64,000 bases of DNA from the human T2T-CHM13v2.0 reference genome, Homo sapiens. Under the pieces are notes generated by a model, which did not search any database, had not been told where the DNA came from, and worked only from the letters and a program-made list of their open reading frames with translations. Below, one piece after another: positions 17,734 to 37,334 of the stretch. Each line of letters opens with the position of its first letter. The first letter of the stretch is position 1. Position numbers and translations under genes: made by a program. The stretch lies in the NCBI RefSeq assembly GCF_009914755.1, contig NC_060945.1; one strand, 5' to 3'.

Positions 17734-18744
17734 CTGGGAGATAGTAATTAAAATGGTTGAAAGAGCAAAATGTATTGAAAAAGAAAAAGGAGTCAAGGCC
17801 GGCATCTTATGATCTCCATGTCGTTCTTCCCACCATGTGCACACGTGTGTGCAAACCTGCGCCCACCTCCCACTGAGCTCCCTGTTATCTGCTTATGGAT
17901 TCCTGGCCCTTCCTGAGAGCCATTATCTGCTGTCAGTGGAAGCAGAGCATTCATTATTCCCAGCCAGTGCAGGGAGGCCAGGAGGATTTATGGAGTCATT
18001 GCAGGAACACAAATTCTGCTTTGTACAGACGGACACCATAAACGCACATGAATAAATCAGGGCAGAGTGGAAAAAAGACCTACTTTTCCCTTTCTCATGA
18101 ACACAGGCATGGGGGCTAGCCCCGATGTTTAGTGTGTGATTTAGTGGGGGAGGAAGGAAGCCTCGTGTTCTCATAGCATAGAGAAGCCATCTGCAGAGGT
18201 TTATTGAGGACCTCCTGTGAATGGGTCACTAGCGGGCCTGGGGCTGGGAGGAGCTGTGATAAGGATTCCTGTGTTCAGTTTAGTGTACGACTGTTATTTT
18301 AATTTTTTTTTTTTCCTGGAGCTGCTGTGTCTCTCCCTCCCCTGGGTTTTTGCACTGCTGCCCCTGCCATGCACTGGCTTGCTTTGATATTTCCCCTTAG
18401 CATCATCTGCATCTATTAGCTATATCTTAATTCCACTGTGTTGTTATTATTGTTGGCTCAGTTTTAGCTACAATTAATGGATGGTCACTATGTGCAAGCA
18501 CTTTCCATTATTTACCTTGGCCACCATTATTATCCCCGGCTTACTGATGAATAGTCGGAGGCATACCGAGGTTAAGTTTTTTGCCTAGGATTTCTCAGTG
18601 CTGGGACTCTGACCTCAGCTGGGTTCCAAAAGGCATGATTTAATTCTCATTACAAATGTGGGTGACTGGTAATCTCATATGCACTTTGCAGATGAGAAAA
18701 CAGAGCATTTCTTCCTTCCTTCATTCTCCAGATTTTGTGGTTGC

Positions 18745-19046
18745 CGTTGTTGTTTGTTTAATTGTTTTTGAGAGAGAATCTCGCTCTGTCGCCCAGGCTG
18801 GAATGCAGTGGCACGATCTCAGCTCACTGCAACCTCTGCCTCCCGGGCTCAGGCTCCTGCCTCAGCCTCCCAAGTAGCTGGGACCACAGATGTGTGCCAT
18901 CATAAATGGCTAATGTTTGTATTTTTTGTAGAGATGGAGCTTCACCATGTTGCCCAGGCTGGTCTTGAACTCCTGGGCTCAAGCGATCCGCCTACCTCAG
19001 CCTCCTAAAGTGCTGGGATTACAGGTGTAAGCCACTGCACCTGGCC
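18745..19046 (-). mobile_element. Alu (J family)
   Basis: Reverse dimer with ctcctgggctcaagcgatcc J-type text. Confidence 0.93.
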
Positions 19047-19154
19047 CAGACTTTGTGTTTTGAGTGCTAGGTCTCAGGCAGGCAGTCAGCTGGTCCGTGG
19101 GCTCAGAGGGTGTGTGGTTTGCCCAAAGCCAGACAGCCAGAACTTCCCTGTCCC

Positions 19155-20322
<1,168 letters not shown>

Positions 20323-22447
20323 TGGTGAGGACAGTAACTTTTATTTAGGTGTTTTTACCGCAATAAAAAAATTTTTTTTAAATGAACAAAAACTTAAGGA
20401 GTATGTGTCTCACTATGACTATTGTATAAAAGCATTTAAAGAATGAAAATTTTATTTGACCATAGGCAATTGGGCTAAACAAAAATTGATAGAATGTAAG
20501 CTAGTCAAAATAAACTTTGTTCCAAGAAAAAAAAAGTGGAGAGGGAGGTGTGGGTGGGAGTGGGGGCGTGCTGGCAGCAGATCATGAAGGACTTTCAACT
20601 TCTCATCGAGGAATCTGGACTTTATTTAGACGATGACCGTAACTGTCTTTAGAAAGAAGACTGTGGGGCCTCAGCGCGTGAAAGTGCTGAAAGCCGGGAG
20701 GGTGGGGGAGTGCTAGGGGCCTGTAAGGAGGCTGGCCAGGGCAGGGTGGTGGCCAGGAAGGAACCTTTCGGAGGAGACTTGGCAATCCATCGTAGGGGAG
20801 GGGCAAGGGGAAAGGGGATGAACCGGTCGGGCAACAGGTGGGGAGAAGGCAGGCCTCAGCGAGGAGGAACGGTTGTGAATGTGTGACTTTTGAAAGGCAG
20901 GGAGGGAGAGTGGGGTGCAGGCTGCCCACCACGTCGGGGTGTCCAGCTGGGATTCTCAGCAAGTTCCCCGTCATGGCTGGCGAGGGGTGGTTGTGCATAA
21001 CCAGCCCATTGTTTTTTGGATCCCGTGGATCTGTTTGCTTTTAGATTATGTCATTTGAGGCTTCCTCTCTGTTGTTGCGGAGTTACACTCTGGATGATTA
21101 AAGATGGGGCAGAGTTGGAAGAGACTGGGAACAGACAGGGCTACTGGGGAATGGGAGTGTCTGAGGATTTAAGACCATTGGGTGTTCAGGGTTTTTTTTG
21201 CCAATATATTTATCAGTTGTGTTTCAGGAGTTAAATATTTTGGGGCATACCAAGATGAATCACACACGGTCTCAAAAAACTTGTAAACTGGGCCCTTTTG
21301 ACACTTTTCCAAACCAAAGAGACAGGATGCTAGCATTACCTGTTTTAACAATACTCATCTCCCCTTAAGATTCCCGAGTTTTGTGCACTGTAAGTGGGCA
21401 GCACTCCGGAGGGACTGAGGGTTAATTTTATCCTTGTGGATAATAAATGCATCTTGGACAAAGGAAGAACACATATTTTAACTAAGTAGCAGCCTTCTGA
21501 TAAGAATTCCAGCAATTGCACAAGCCCCACCGTTGTCTGTACAGCCCAGCAATTCTACCTTGCTATCTCAAAATTCTCCGTTTTGCATTCCTCTCTTGCA
21601 GGAACCAGTTTCTAGTCTCTCACCAGCAGGATACGTTTCCAGGGTGATCTGCTTACTGAATTGGGGCTGGAGCCCAGGCGCAGAGGATCCCCGGGAAAGT
21701 GGCTTGAGAACTCCCCTGGGTGGGCGTGGGAGGGTTTCCCAGCCCTGCGTTGGGAGCTGCCATTGTTTTTTCCTTAGTCTTGCTTTTTGCCTTTGCCCAG
21801 CACCTGGTTCTGTTAGCATCGCCAAGATCAGTCCTAATGAGCTTTGTTGTTTAAACTGGGGAAGGAAACTTTTTCCCTCAACAAAAAGGCGAATTTTAGC
21901 TCAGCAGCAGGAGGGTGGCCAGTGGGGAGCCAGGGGTCAGAGGCAGTTGAGCCCTGCTACATAAATAGCAGCAATTAATGGGCCCCTGTAAAAGACAGGG
22001 ATGTGTGTGTTTGCTGTCTAGCATCGTTTCTCTGCAAATCGGAGCAACACTGAAATTAATTATAAAGCCAGCAAAGGCTATTTTCTGCTTTCTGTTAAAT
22101 AAGTATTGTCCACACAGGAGCACGTTCCACTCGGATGCATTTACCCACATCGTTTCTTTGGAAGATGGCGTGAAACCAATTTATTTTCAAAACTCCCCAC
22201 TGGGTCATGCTAATCACCACAGTTTTCAGCCCTTTTATGCGGAATTCAGGCTTGGGCTGGAGCCGGGAGCCGGGAGCCCTCAGGCCCTTGTCATTTCCTT
22301 CATTGCTCTGGGGGCTTTCCCTTTGCCCACCCTGCCCAAATCATTTCCTCCAGTGCTGTCAACCAGGTTTGAATTTTTATGATGAGATTTACAAAGCAAG
22401 CCATTCTGTTATTACTAATAACCATCATAAAGGTTTCATAAAGGTTC

Positions 22448-23405
<958 letters not shown>

Positions 23406-23449
23406 GATTCTGAAATAGTTAATAGATTCTTCTTCTTCCAACTGCACGT

Positions 23450-26170
<2,721 letters not shown>

Positions 26171-26320
26171 TCCGGGTGCCGGGGACCCTGGTGAGGTAGT
26201 CACAGGGAGTAGTGGGAGTGGCAGTCCGGGGCAGGGGCTGTCTGGGCTTCCGTGTCTACCCACTCCTCTGAACCAAACACGCAGAGCCTACTGACCACCA
26301 CTTATTGAGGACTCTGATGA

Positions 26321-26761
<441 letters not shown>

Positions 26762-26856
26762 CCCGGCCCTAGCCCGCAGTGAATGAATGCTAGCCCTTTG
26801 TTCTTACATTTTTACTCTTCTGCAGGGAATCCCGTAGAATTGTAGGATGCTCAGAT

Positions 26857-27236
26857 GGTCTATTAGCCTGCTCAGGCTGCCACAACAAAATACCATGGAG
26901 TGGGTGGCTTAAAACAACAGAAATTCATGTTTCACAGTCCTGGAGTCTGGAAGTCTGAGATCAAGGTGCCAGCGGGGTTGGTTTCTCCCAAGGCTCTCCC
27001 CTTGGCTTCTAGATGACTGCCTTCTCTCTGTGTCCTCACATGACCTTTCTGTGCAGGCTCAGAGACAGAGAGAGTTCTGGTGTCTCTTCTCCTTCTTATA
27101 AGGACATCGGTCCTACTGGATTAGAGCCCCACTCTAATGACCTCATTTAACGTTAATAACCTCTTTAAAGTCTCTCTCTTTAAATACAGTCACGTTGGGG
27201 GTTAGGGCTTCAACATACGCAATTCAGTCTATTGCA
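26857..27236 (-). mobile_element. MaLR LTR (MLT1A-like)
   Basis: Typical reverse-strand MLT1 motifs. Confidence 0.85.
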
Positions 27237-27323
27237 GATGGCAATCTTGAACCATGACAAAGAATCTGAATTATCCTCCCCTCCCCGACAAATGGTCCTA
27301 AAGATCCAGGACTCTTTTATAGT

Positions 27324-27542
27324 ACAGGTTAATTATCTCTTATCTGCTTGGGACCAGAAGTGTTTTAGATTTGGGATTTTTTTTTTTTTTTATATTTGCT
27401 TAGTATCCAGTGGAGCACCCTTCATTCCAAATACTCCAGTGACCATTTTCTACAGGTGTCGTGTTGATGCTTAACAAGTTTCAGATTTTGGAACATGTTG
27501 GATTTTGGGTTTTCAGGTTAGAGATTAGAGATGTTCAACCTG
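27324..27542. mobile_element. MER46-like (Tigger) MITE
   Basis: caggtt...aacctg terminal inverted repeats and gcttgggaccagaagtgtttt motif. Confidence 0.7.
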
Positions 27543-28291
27543 CATACACTTATACCTAGAACCCTGGCAGGTATATTTTAGGTGTTTAATAAATGTTTGT
27601 TGAAGAAGGAAAGATTCATTTGAGTTTAGTATACAGTATTCATTAAGAAACCAAAGTGTTCTGGGAAGAAAGCTTTTTTGGGGATAATTTCCATATGAAA
27701 AGAAAACTCAGTTGATCAGGGCTTCCCATTCCCTGTGCATTTTGATTATTTAAAACATGGTGTAAAAGTGCTTTGATTAAGGAAAGGCTATGAACTTTCT
27801 AAAATACAGCACATTGTATAATGTGTAAAACACATATGTATATTTCTGCGATATTAAAGAGGAGTCTCTTTGATCAGTATTTTTTTTTTCTTCCTCTCAG
27901 TTGTACAGAAGATCCATTTTACATCTGACTTCTCATTTTGGAGATTGGATACATCAATACTTGATGTGTTTCAGAGTAATGAATTTTAAAGGCAGTGAAG
28001 GGTGATACAGGAGGAAGGGATGAATTTAAAATCCTGTTAACTCTGATCCTATGTAGACAGTCTCAGCTAAGTCAATATTTAAAGAAGATGAGAGACTCGC
28101 CTGATAGGAAGTCACTGCCTTGGGATTTAAAAGCTACTCTATTCCAGAGAGTTGAAAACCCTGAGATAGAGTTCAGCCTTCTTTTTTAATATGCTGAAGC
28201 CACCGGTCAAGGAAATGCATATTGTTTTCCTTAGCTGAACTGAGCTTGAATGCTTATTCACCCTCTCTACGGGTTGATTCATTGAAAGTAA

Positions 28292-28671
<380 letters not shown>

Positions 28672-28984
28672 CTAAGTGCTTTCTTTATGTACATTATCTT
28701 AGGGACTATTGGTAGATGGAAGTGTGTGTCATTACCGGGTGCATTACTGGGCCTGGGTGATTTTGAGCATCCCTTATTCTAAGTAAAATTCTACATTGGA
28801 TTTTTTTCTCCTAATACCTAACAAAGGCCGTCAAGCATGGATTCCTCGGCAGTCAGCAAGTGACCTCTCTCCTGATGGGTTGGGATCCACACACATGGCC
28901 TCTTCCTCCTGTCCTGTGTTGGGGAGAGCAGTGCTTCCCTTTCGTGCAGGGCAAACTCTTCCTCCTCTTCCTCTCCTTCCTTAA

Positions 28985-29297
<313 letters not shown>

Positions 29298-29519
29298 GGG
29301 TTTCCTCTCTTTCTGTCTCTCCTGCATCTTGTATTTCGTTATCTCTGTAGCTGCTGCTAGTGATTTTTTGGCCTTGGGGGATTTCCATTGCTTTCTTATG
29401 AGCTTAGCTATTTATTTAAAAGTGGTTTGCTGATTTTATCCATCATCATTGATTGGTGGTGTTTGTTTGGCAGGGAAGGAGGAGGGTGGAGTTACCGTGT
29501 TGTGAGAAATGCTTTCTGT

Positions 29520-29720
29520 TTTTCCTTTTTCTGAGACAGGGTCTCACTCTGTCGCCCAGGCTTGCGTGCAGTGGTGAGATCATAGGTCACTACAGCCTGG
29601 AACTCCCAGACTCAAGCGATCCTCTCACCTCAGCCTCCCGAGCAGCTGGGACTACTGGCACGAGCCACCACGCCTGGTTAATTTTTGTGAGATGAGGTTT
29701 TGCCATGTTGCACAAGCTGC
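29520..29720 (-). mobile_element. Partial AluJ/FRAM
   Basis: Right-arm sequence gagacagggtctcactctg... Confidence 0.85.
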
Positions 29721-30013
29721 TATTTCTTAATTAATAAAAGAAGTTGATGAATAATCTCTTTCAACTGTCATATATTGGAACTGTGCTCTTCTCTTTCTAC
29801 TAATTTTCCACCACTGCAGGACTTTGCTACTAATCTTCTTGGAAATATGGGGGAAATCTTTGGAAAACTGATTCCTTTGTAAAATTTTGAAAAGGCTTGC
29901 AACTTGGATCTGTTGATGAGCCTCGGTTTTACTGATCTTTGACAGAAAGTTGTTTTTCTTGTGCTCATGATGACATCCAGGCTTAGATACCCTCCTGAAA
30001 CTCCCATTCCCAA

Positions 30014-30018
<5 letters not shown>

Positions 30019-30072
<54 letters not shown>
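30019..30072 (+). repeat. (CA)27 microsatellite
   Basis: Read directly. Confidence 0.97.
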
Positions 30073-30075
<3 letters not shown>

Positions 30076-30726
30076 CTGGACTGAATTGGGAGTTCCCTGG
30101 CGGCATTGGCTGGGGGCCTCATCCTTAAGTGAATCGGGGAACCTGCAGCGTTGGTAAGAGCCATTGATTGGCGTGGTGCTATCACTCCTGTTGCCTGGAA
30201 CATGCTAAACTTGCTTATTTTACTGCCATTTGATAGCAAAGATTTAATTTCACTCTGTAAAACTCTCCCGACTCAAGTAGTTTATTTTGCAGCTAGAGAT
30301 CCATTATTGCATTAGGCTTTACCCAGTTAGAGTCAGTGTTAGCTTTGTTTTGCCTGCAAACCTCTGATTACTGTCAAATTGAATTAGATGTCTCCCTTTG
30401 CTGATCACTGATTGACTTTTCCTTAATTTCCCATTCATTTTTTTTCCCCATTTCAGTTGTTATAGATGAAGTCGATTAAATGGTTTTGTGTAATCAAGAA
30501 CGGCATTCCATTTCAGTATTATCAACTTGTAAGTATGGAGCTTGTAAGTCAGGGGGTGGATGAAAACAAGCTGGTAATGAGCTGGTATTTGAAAATTGAG
30601 AGGGAGCTTAATAGGAAACCTTCTCCAAGGTGAGGTAGCTTAAGGGCTCAGGGTTTTCATGGAGGGAACCTTGATGGCAGAACTTGGGAATCAAGGTGTC
30701 AGATGATGGTAGGGCACACACCAGGG

Positions 30727-31203
30727 GTGTTAGTTTCCTGCAGCTGCTGTAACAAATGACCACAAACTTGGTGGCTTAAAACAACAGAAAGTGATTCCCT
30801 CACAGTCTGGAGGCTGGAAGTCCAAAATCAGTCTCATTGGAGATCAAGGTGTCAGTAGGGCCACGCTTCCTCCAGAGACCTAAGGGGAGACTTGGACTTT
30901 GCTTCTTCTCCCAGCCCCTGGTGGCTGCCATGGGCATCTCCTGGGCTTGTGGCCATGTTATTCTCTTGTCTCCGTCTTCACTTTGCTTTCTTCTCTGCTT
31001 GTCCATCTGATCCCCTCCGTCTTTTAAAGACATTTTTGATGGCATTTAGGACTCACCCAGTTAATCCAGGACAGCCTCCCCATCTGAAGACCATTAACTT
31101 CATCATGTCTGCAGAGTCCCATCCCCCTAAAGATGACATTTTCAGGTTCCAGGGATTAGGATGTGGGCCTATCTTTGGGAGGCCATTTTTCGACTTACCA
31201 CAC
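30727..31203 (-). mobile_element. MaLR LTR (MLT1D/E-like)
   Basis: ttagtttcctgcagctgctgtaacaaatgaccacaaacttggtggcttaaaacaacag motif. Confidence 0.82.
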
Positions 31204-31247
31204 TGGGCCTGCTTCACGGAAGGCCTTGGTACGACGGCCCAAGGCCT

Positions 31248-31423
31248 GGGCTGGACTGAGTGGTATGAGGTTGAGGGGCTGGACTGAGCGGTATGAGGAG
31301 GAGGGGCTGGACTGAGCGGTATGAGGATGAGGGGCTGGACTGAGCGGTATGAGGTTGAGGGGCTGGACTGAGCGGTATGAGGAGGAGGGGCTGGAATGAG
31401 TGGTATGAGGATGAGGGGCTGGA
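31248..31423 (+). repeat. G-rich minisatellite, ~6.3 x 28-bp unit (CTGGACTGAGCGGTATGAGGNNGAGGGG)
   Basis: Period of 28 read directly (CTGG at 31251, 31279, ...). Confidence 0.96.
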
Positions 31424-32100
31424 TGGGGTTTCCAGGGGGTATTTCCCCAGCACCATAGATCACCTCATTGCCTTGTCCTTTCACCTTCAGGAAAGGGAGG
31501 AGGATGGGCTAGAGAAAGAGCAAGAAGTGAGAGAGTGGGGAGAAATGCTTGGAAATACTGCATTTGCACAGAAGTTGGAAGGTACAGGAAGAACTGCCTA
31601 AAGAAAAGCCTAGCATGCACCCTTAAGCCTGGCATGTGGGAACCAACACCAATTGTTAGGATGACTGTAATCGTACGGCTGTGATAATGAGGTCTAGATT
31701 CATGGAAAGAGCCACCTGGGCTGTCCTTTCTGTTCAGAGTGGTCTGCAGTGTAGACACTTGCTAACCAATTGTGGAGCTTCATAGGGTCCTATTTTGACA
31801 TAGCTCATGGAGGTGCAAAACCCTGATATGGGCTGGTTCAGCCCTGGGAGTGGAGCCTGAGAGGGAGTTCGTGAAGACTCTGCTCTCCGTGGGTCTCATG
31901 GACGTGCGGGAGCAGAGGGGACGGTGGAGTCAACGAGGAATTGTCAGAGGCTCCTGAGACTACGCTGAAGGGCTAGAGTGAGGAGGAGAGAGAGGCTGCC
32001 GGTGAAAGGTGGCGTCATTCCCCACTGCCAAGGAGGGTCTCTCCATGCCTGGAAATGCGTCCCAAAGGGCATCAGATAGATTCCTTATATTTTCAGGGAA

Positions 32101-32529
32101 GCTATTTGTTCCTTGTGGCTGCTATAACAAATTACCACTCTGGTGGCTTAAAGTAACAAATTGATTCTCTCACAGTTCTGGAGGCCAGAAGTCTTAAAAA
32201 GTATTGGCAGGGCCACGCTCCCTCCAGAGACTCTAGGGGAGGATCCTTCCCTGCCTCTTCTGGCTTCCAGTGGCAGCCAACATTCCTTGGCTTGTCGCCC
32301 CTCACCCCAATGTCTGCCTCCTTCCTCCTGTGGCTGCCCCCTCTGCTTATTTGTGTGAAAACTCCTTCTTTCTCTATTTTATAAGGACACTTATGAGGAC
32401 ATTTAGGGCCTACCCAGGTAATCTAGGCTAATCTCATCTCAGAATTCTTCACTTAATAACTTCTGCAAAGACCCTTTTTCCAAATAAAGTCACATGATCC
32501 AGAGATTAGGCCATTATTCAACCTGGTAC
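32101..32529 (-). mobile_element. MaLR LTR (MLT1D-like)
   Basis: ggctgctataacaaattaccac...ctgcaaagaccctttttccaaataaagtcac motifs. Confidence 0.82.
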
Positions 32530-33032
32530 AGGCAATTGAAGAACTCAATAAGGTATCTTAACTATAATTGTATACTCTGTTAAAAAGGCAGATTGTATTA
32601 CTGCTGGGCCTTTAGACTTGTTTGTTTACAGTACTTGTAAGAATTTCATTGCCAGAGGGTGTAATTTTTTAGATACTGCCACACGGAGTGGAGCAAAGAC
32701 AATGCCTAATTGTACTTTTCAGCATTCTTTTTTCTCCACCTCCCCAAGAGGATGGATATGAAATATGTGTGTGTCTATGTGTTTTTGGAGGGTAACAGTT
32801 AACAAAGCTGTTAGTTTAGCATCCCTTGAACTACTTGGGGCCAGACACAGCCAGAGTGTAACTTTACCTCCTGGGGGCTGAGAGCATCAGCCCGAGCTGA
32901 CTTGAGGTAGTGCAGGCCCCATGCTGTGAGGTGTGGATGGCAGGGGCTCTTCTAGCCTGTCTGGTCCCCTTGGGGGCTGATTGACTCTTTGTTACTCCCA
33001 TCTTTGGATTAAGGGCCTGAACCTCCCTATTA

Positions 33033-33393
<361 letters not shown>

Positions 33394-34139
33394 TTATGCT
33401 GTTTATAGCCATCTTTGCTTTGGTGATTCCATTGGTTAGTCACTATTAGTCACTTGCTGTTTATGAAGCGCTGTGTGTCGTGAAGGGGGAGTGGTCCCTG
33501 CATTAAGCCATGACTTACATCTTACTGCAGATGCTGTTGTATAGGGACGTAGGGAAGGAAGGTGCGGGGGAGTCTCTCTGGTAGGGAGGTTAGCCTCTGA
33601 AGGACCTGGGGTTGGGGGCTTGAGTGGGGGAAGGGGGTGGCTGGAGTACCTGGAAAGTGATAGAATGCATGTCCCAGGGAGTGACAAGACATGCCAGGAG
33701 GGAGAGCTGGGAGGAGTTGGGACCGGGTGGTGGTGGGGCTGATGGAGAAGATGCTTGGGTGCTCCCATAGGCAGCAGTGAGACCTCAAGAGCTTCTGCAA
33801 GAAATCAGAGTTCTAGACCCACTGATTTGGAGGCAGAGTGTAGAATGAATTCAAGAGGCCAGGAGGAGCCTCAAGAAGAGGTGACATCCATGCCTTAGTT
33901 CACCCTGGGGGTGGCCAGACTTTTATTGATTCGTTCACTATTTTGTTTAATTTAAAGTTTGCCTTTAGTTTGGACTTTTTCCCTTTTTTGTTTTCTTTTT
34001 GTTTTTTAAGGTTTTCTTCAGCTTTATTGAGGTTTAACTGACAGATAACCGCGTGTGCTTATAGTATGCAGGTTATGATAAGTGAGCATGTTGTGAAATG
34101 GTTACCATGGTCAAGCTCATGGACATGTCCATTACCTGA

Positions 34140-34817
<678 letters not shown>

Positions 34818-35338
34818 AAGTGTGCAATACATTATTGTTAAGCCTGGTCACCATGCTGTACATTGGATCTCAGACTTCTGTTTTTTTCTTTATCATGAAC
34901 TATGTCCACAAAATAATATTTGAGCCCCTCACTGAAAACATGTATTCATCTGTATTTATTTACTTATTATTTATTTCTGTACTTGTACCTCTGTGTATGG
35001 CATATTGCATATAATGCATATTGAGTGCGTTGTGAAACAGGTACAAAATGTAATTACAAAAAAGAGAAATAACAAGAAATGGAAGGTCCACTGACTTCAT
35101 CCTGCACCCGGAGGCTCCATAGCTGTGTATGAAGGTGTTCCTGGGATGCTCATGTCTCAGTTCATGACAGGGCATCTGGGCACTGGGGCAGTGGTTGGAA
35201 TGAACCAGGCGGGTGGTGTAGGGGAACAGAGAGGAAGGACAGGTGGCGAGACAGCTGGAAGAAGACATTGACATCATGTGTTGACGTCAGTGGCTGATCA
35301 CATTAGAGAGGGGAGTGAAGAAAAAAGAAGGAACAGGG

Positions 35339-35790
35339 CAGCCGGCGTGGTGACTCACACCTTTGACGCCGGTGCTTTGGGAGGCTGACAAGGAGAATCA
35401 CTGGAAGCCAGGAGTTCAAGACCAGCCTGGGCCACATGGGGAGATCGGTCTCTACAAAAAGAAAAAAATTAGCCAGCCGTGGTGGTGTGTGCTTATAGTC
35501 CCAGCTCCTGGGAGGCTGAGGTGGGAGGATCACTTAAGCCCAGGAGTTTGAGGCTTCAGTGAGCCATGATTGCACCATGTACTCCAGCCTGGGCAACAGA
35601 GAGACTCTGTCAAGAAGGAAAGAAAGAGAAAAAGAGAGAGATAGAAGAAGAAAGAAAGGAAGGAAGGAAAGAGGAAGGGGAGGGAGAGAGGGAAGGAGGG
35701 AGGAAGGGAGGGAGGAAGGAAGGAAGGAAAGAAGGAAGGAAGGAAGGAAGCGAGGGAGGGAGGGAGGGAGGGAGGGAAGGGAAGGAAAAG
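35339..35790 (+). mobile_element. AluJ whose tail has expanded into a GA/GGAA-rich tract (35612-35790)
   Basis: Diverged dimer followed by pure purine repeats. Confidence 0.9.
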
Positions 35791-36439
35791 GGTGAATACA
35801 ATGGAGAGGTGACTTCCCCTAAAGGAAAGAGGACTGGGGACAGATGCGGATTTGGGTGGAATAGACAATCTTCCCTTCCCTCTGTTCCTCCATCCTTCCT
35901 TCTGTTCTTCCCTCCCTCCCACCGTACCTCTTATGACAAGTTGATTGTAGGGGCAATGGCCCAGGAGGAGCTTCCTGGGGGTAGTAGAAATGTGATCCTG
36001 AGTAACAACAAAGGTTGGGTCCTGACAGTGGGGGCCAAGTTTCCCTAGGAGGCAATTCATCAAGGGAAGGAGGTAGACCCTGAGGCTTGAGGGTGTGCAC
36101 AGGGCAGGGCGGAGTGGGGGCGGGCAAGGCTAGGGGTGCTGCATCTTTGGGCAGTGTCCCCCAACCATGCCTTGGAACTAAGATTGGGGGAAGATTTAGC
36201 TGTTTCTGAAGTGGCTGGGGGTCCTCAGACCTGGAGGGAGATGATGGTGAGTCCTGAGGGGGACTGGGACAAGCCCTTTGCTGGAAGAGAAATTGTTATT
36301 TCATCTTCCCATCCTGTAGAAAAATAAATTTGACATTAATCCTGCACTGTGCCTTCCAGACAGCCATTCAGGTTTTCTTAGGTAAATTCCATTGTCTTCC
36401 TTAATAATTGGACCTTTTGATTTTTCCTAATGTTGTACC

Positions 36440-36443
<4 letters not shown>

Positions 36444-36475
<32 letters not shown>
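36444..36475 (+). repeat. (TG)16 microsatellite ~175 bp upstream of the HUNK exon acceptor
   Basis: Read directly. Confidence 0.97.
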
Positions 36476-36476
<1 letters not shown>

Positions 36477-36650
36477 TATATGCATAAATATAAATGTGTA
36501 TATATATATTTTCTGTTGATGCTGTTTTAGGTAAGGTGTTTCTCCTCTGCAGAGACATAGCTAGCATTTTTCTTGGGTTCCTGTGAGTAGCCAAGGCATC
36601 GCTATTGTCTGTAATGTCTGATAACAGGCATGTTCTTGTTTTCTCCTTAG

Positions 36651-36943
36651 GTGGCCATAAAAGTCATTGATAAGAAGAGAGCCAAAAAGGACACCTATGT
36701 CACCAAAAACCTGCGGCGAGAGGGTCAGATCCAGCAGATGATCCGCCACCCCAATATCACTCAGCTCCTTGATATTTTAGAAACGGAAAACAGCTACTAC
36801 CTGGTCATGGAGCTGTGCCCTGGGGGCAACCTGATGCACAAGATCTATGAGAAGAAGCGGCTGGAGGAGTCCGAAGCCCGCAGATACATCCGACAGCTCA
36901 TCTCTGCCGTAGAGCACCTGCACCGGGCCGGGGTGGTCCACAG
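36651..36943 (+). CDS. HUNK: HUNK coding exon (probably exon 2), 293 bp, kinase subdomains II-VIa (VAIKVIDKKRAKKD...HRAGVVHR)
   Basis: Acceptor ttctccttag at 36641-36650 and donor CAG|gtaagg at 36944. Encodes the VAIK lysine, the alphaC Glu (RREGQI), HPNI, MEL hinge and HR of the catalytic loop. Sequence recognised as HUNK. Ends in phase 2. Confidence 0.96.
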
Positions 36944-37034
36944 GTAAGGGCCAGGCCACGCTGGTGATCGCTGACTGTGTGCTCCGTGGGTGGCACTGGG
37001 CTGTGGCACCCTCTGAGCCTCTGAGAAAGGCTGA

Positions 37035-37334
<300 letters not shown>

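Noticed and set aside
20362-20367. Sense AATAAA from an old L1 3' end as an intronic poly(A) site
   Set aside because: The hexamer is common and followed by genomic A's; nothing in the sequence distinguishes it as a used site.
35530-36063. 177-aa and 160-aa ORFs rich in PSFL / EGRK
   Set aside because: They are translations of the GGAA/GGGA low-complexity tract.
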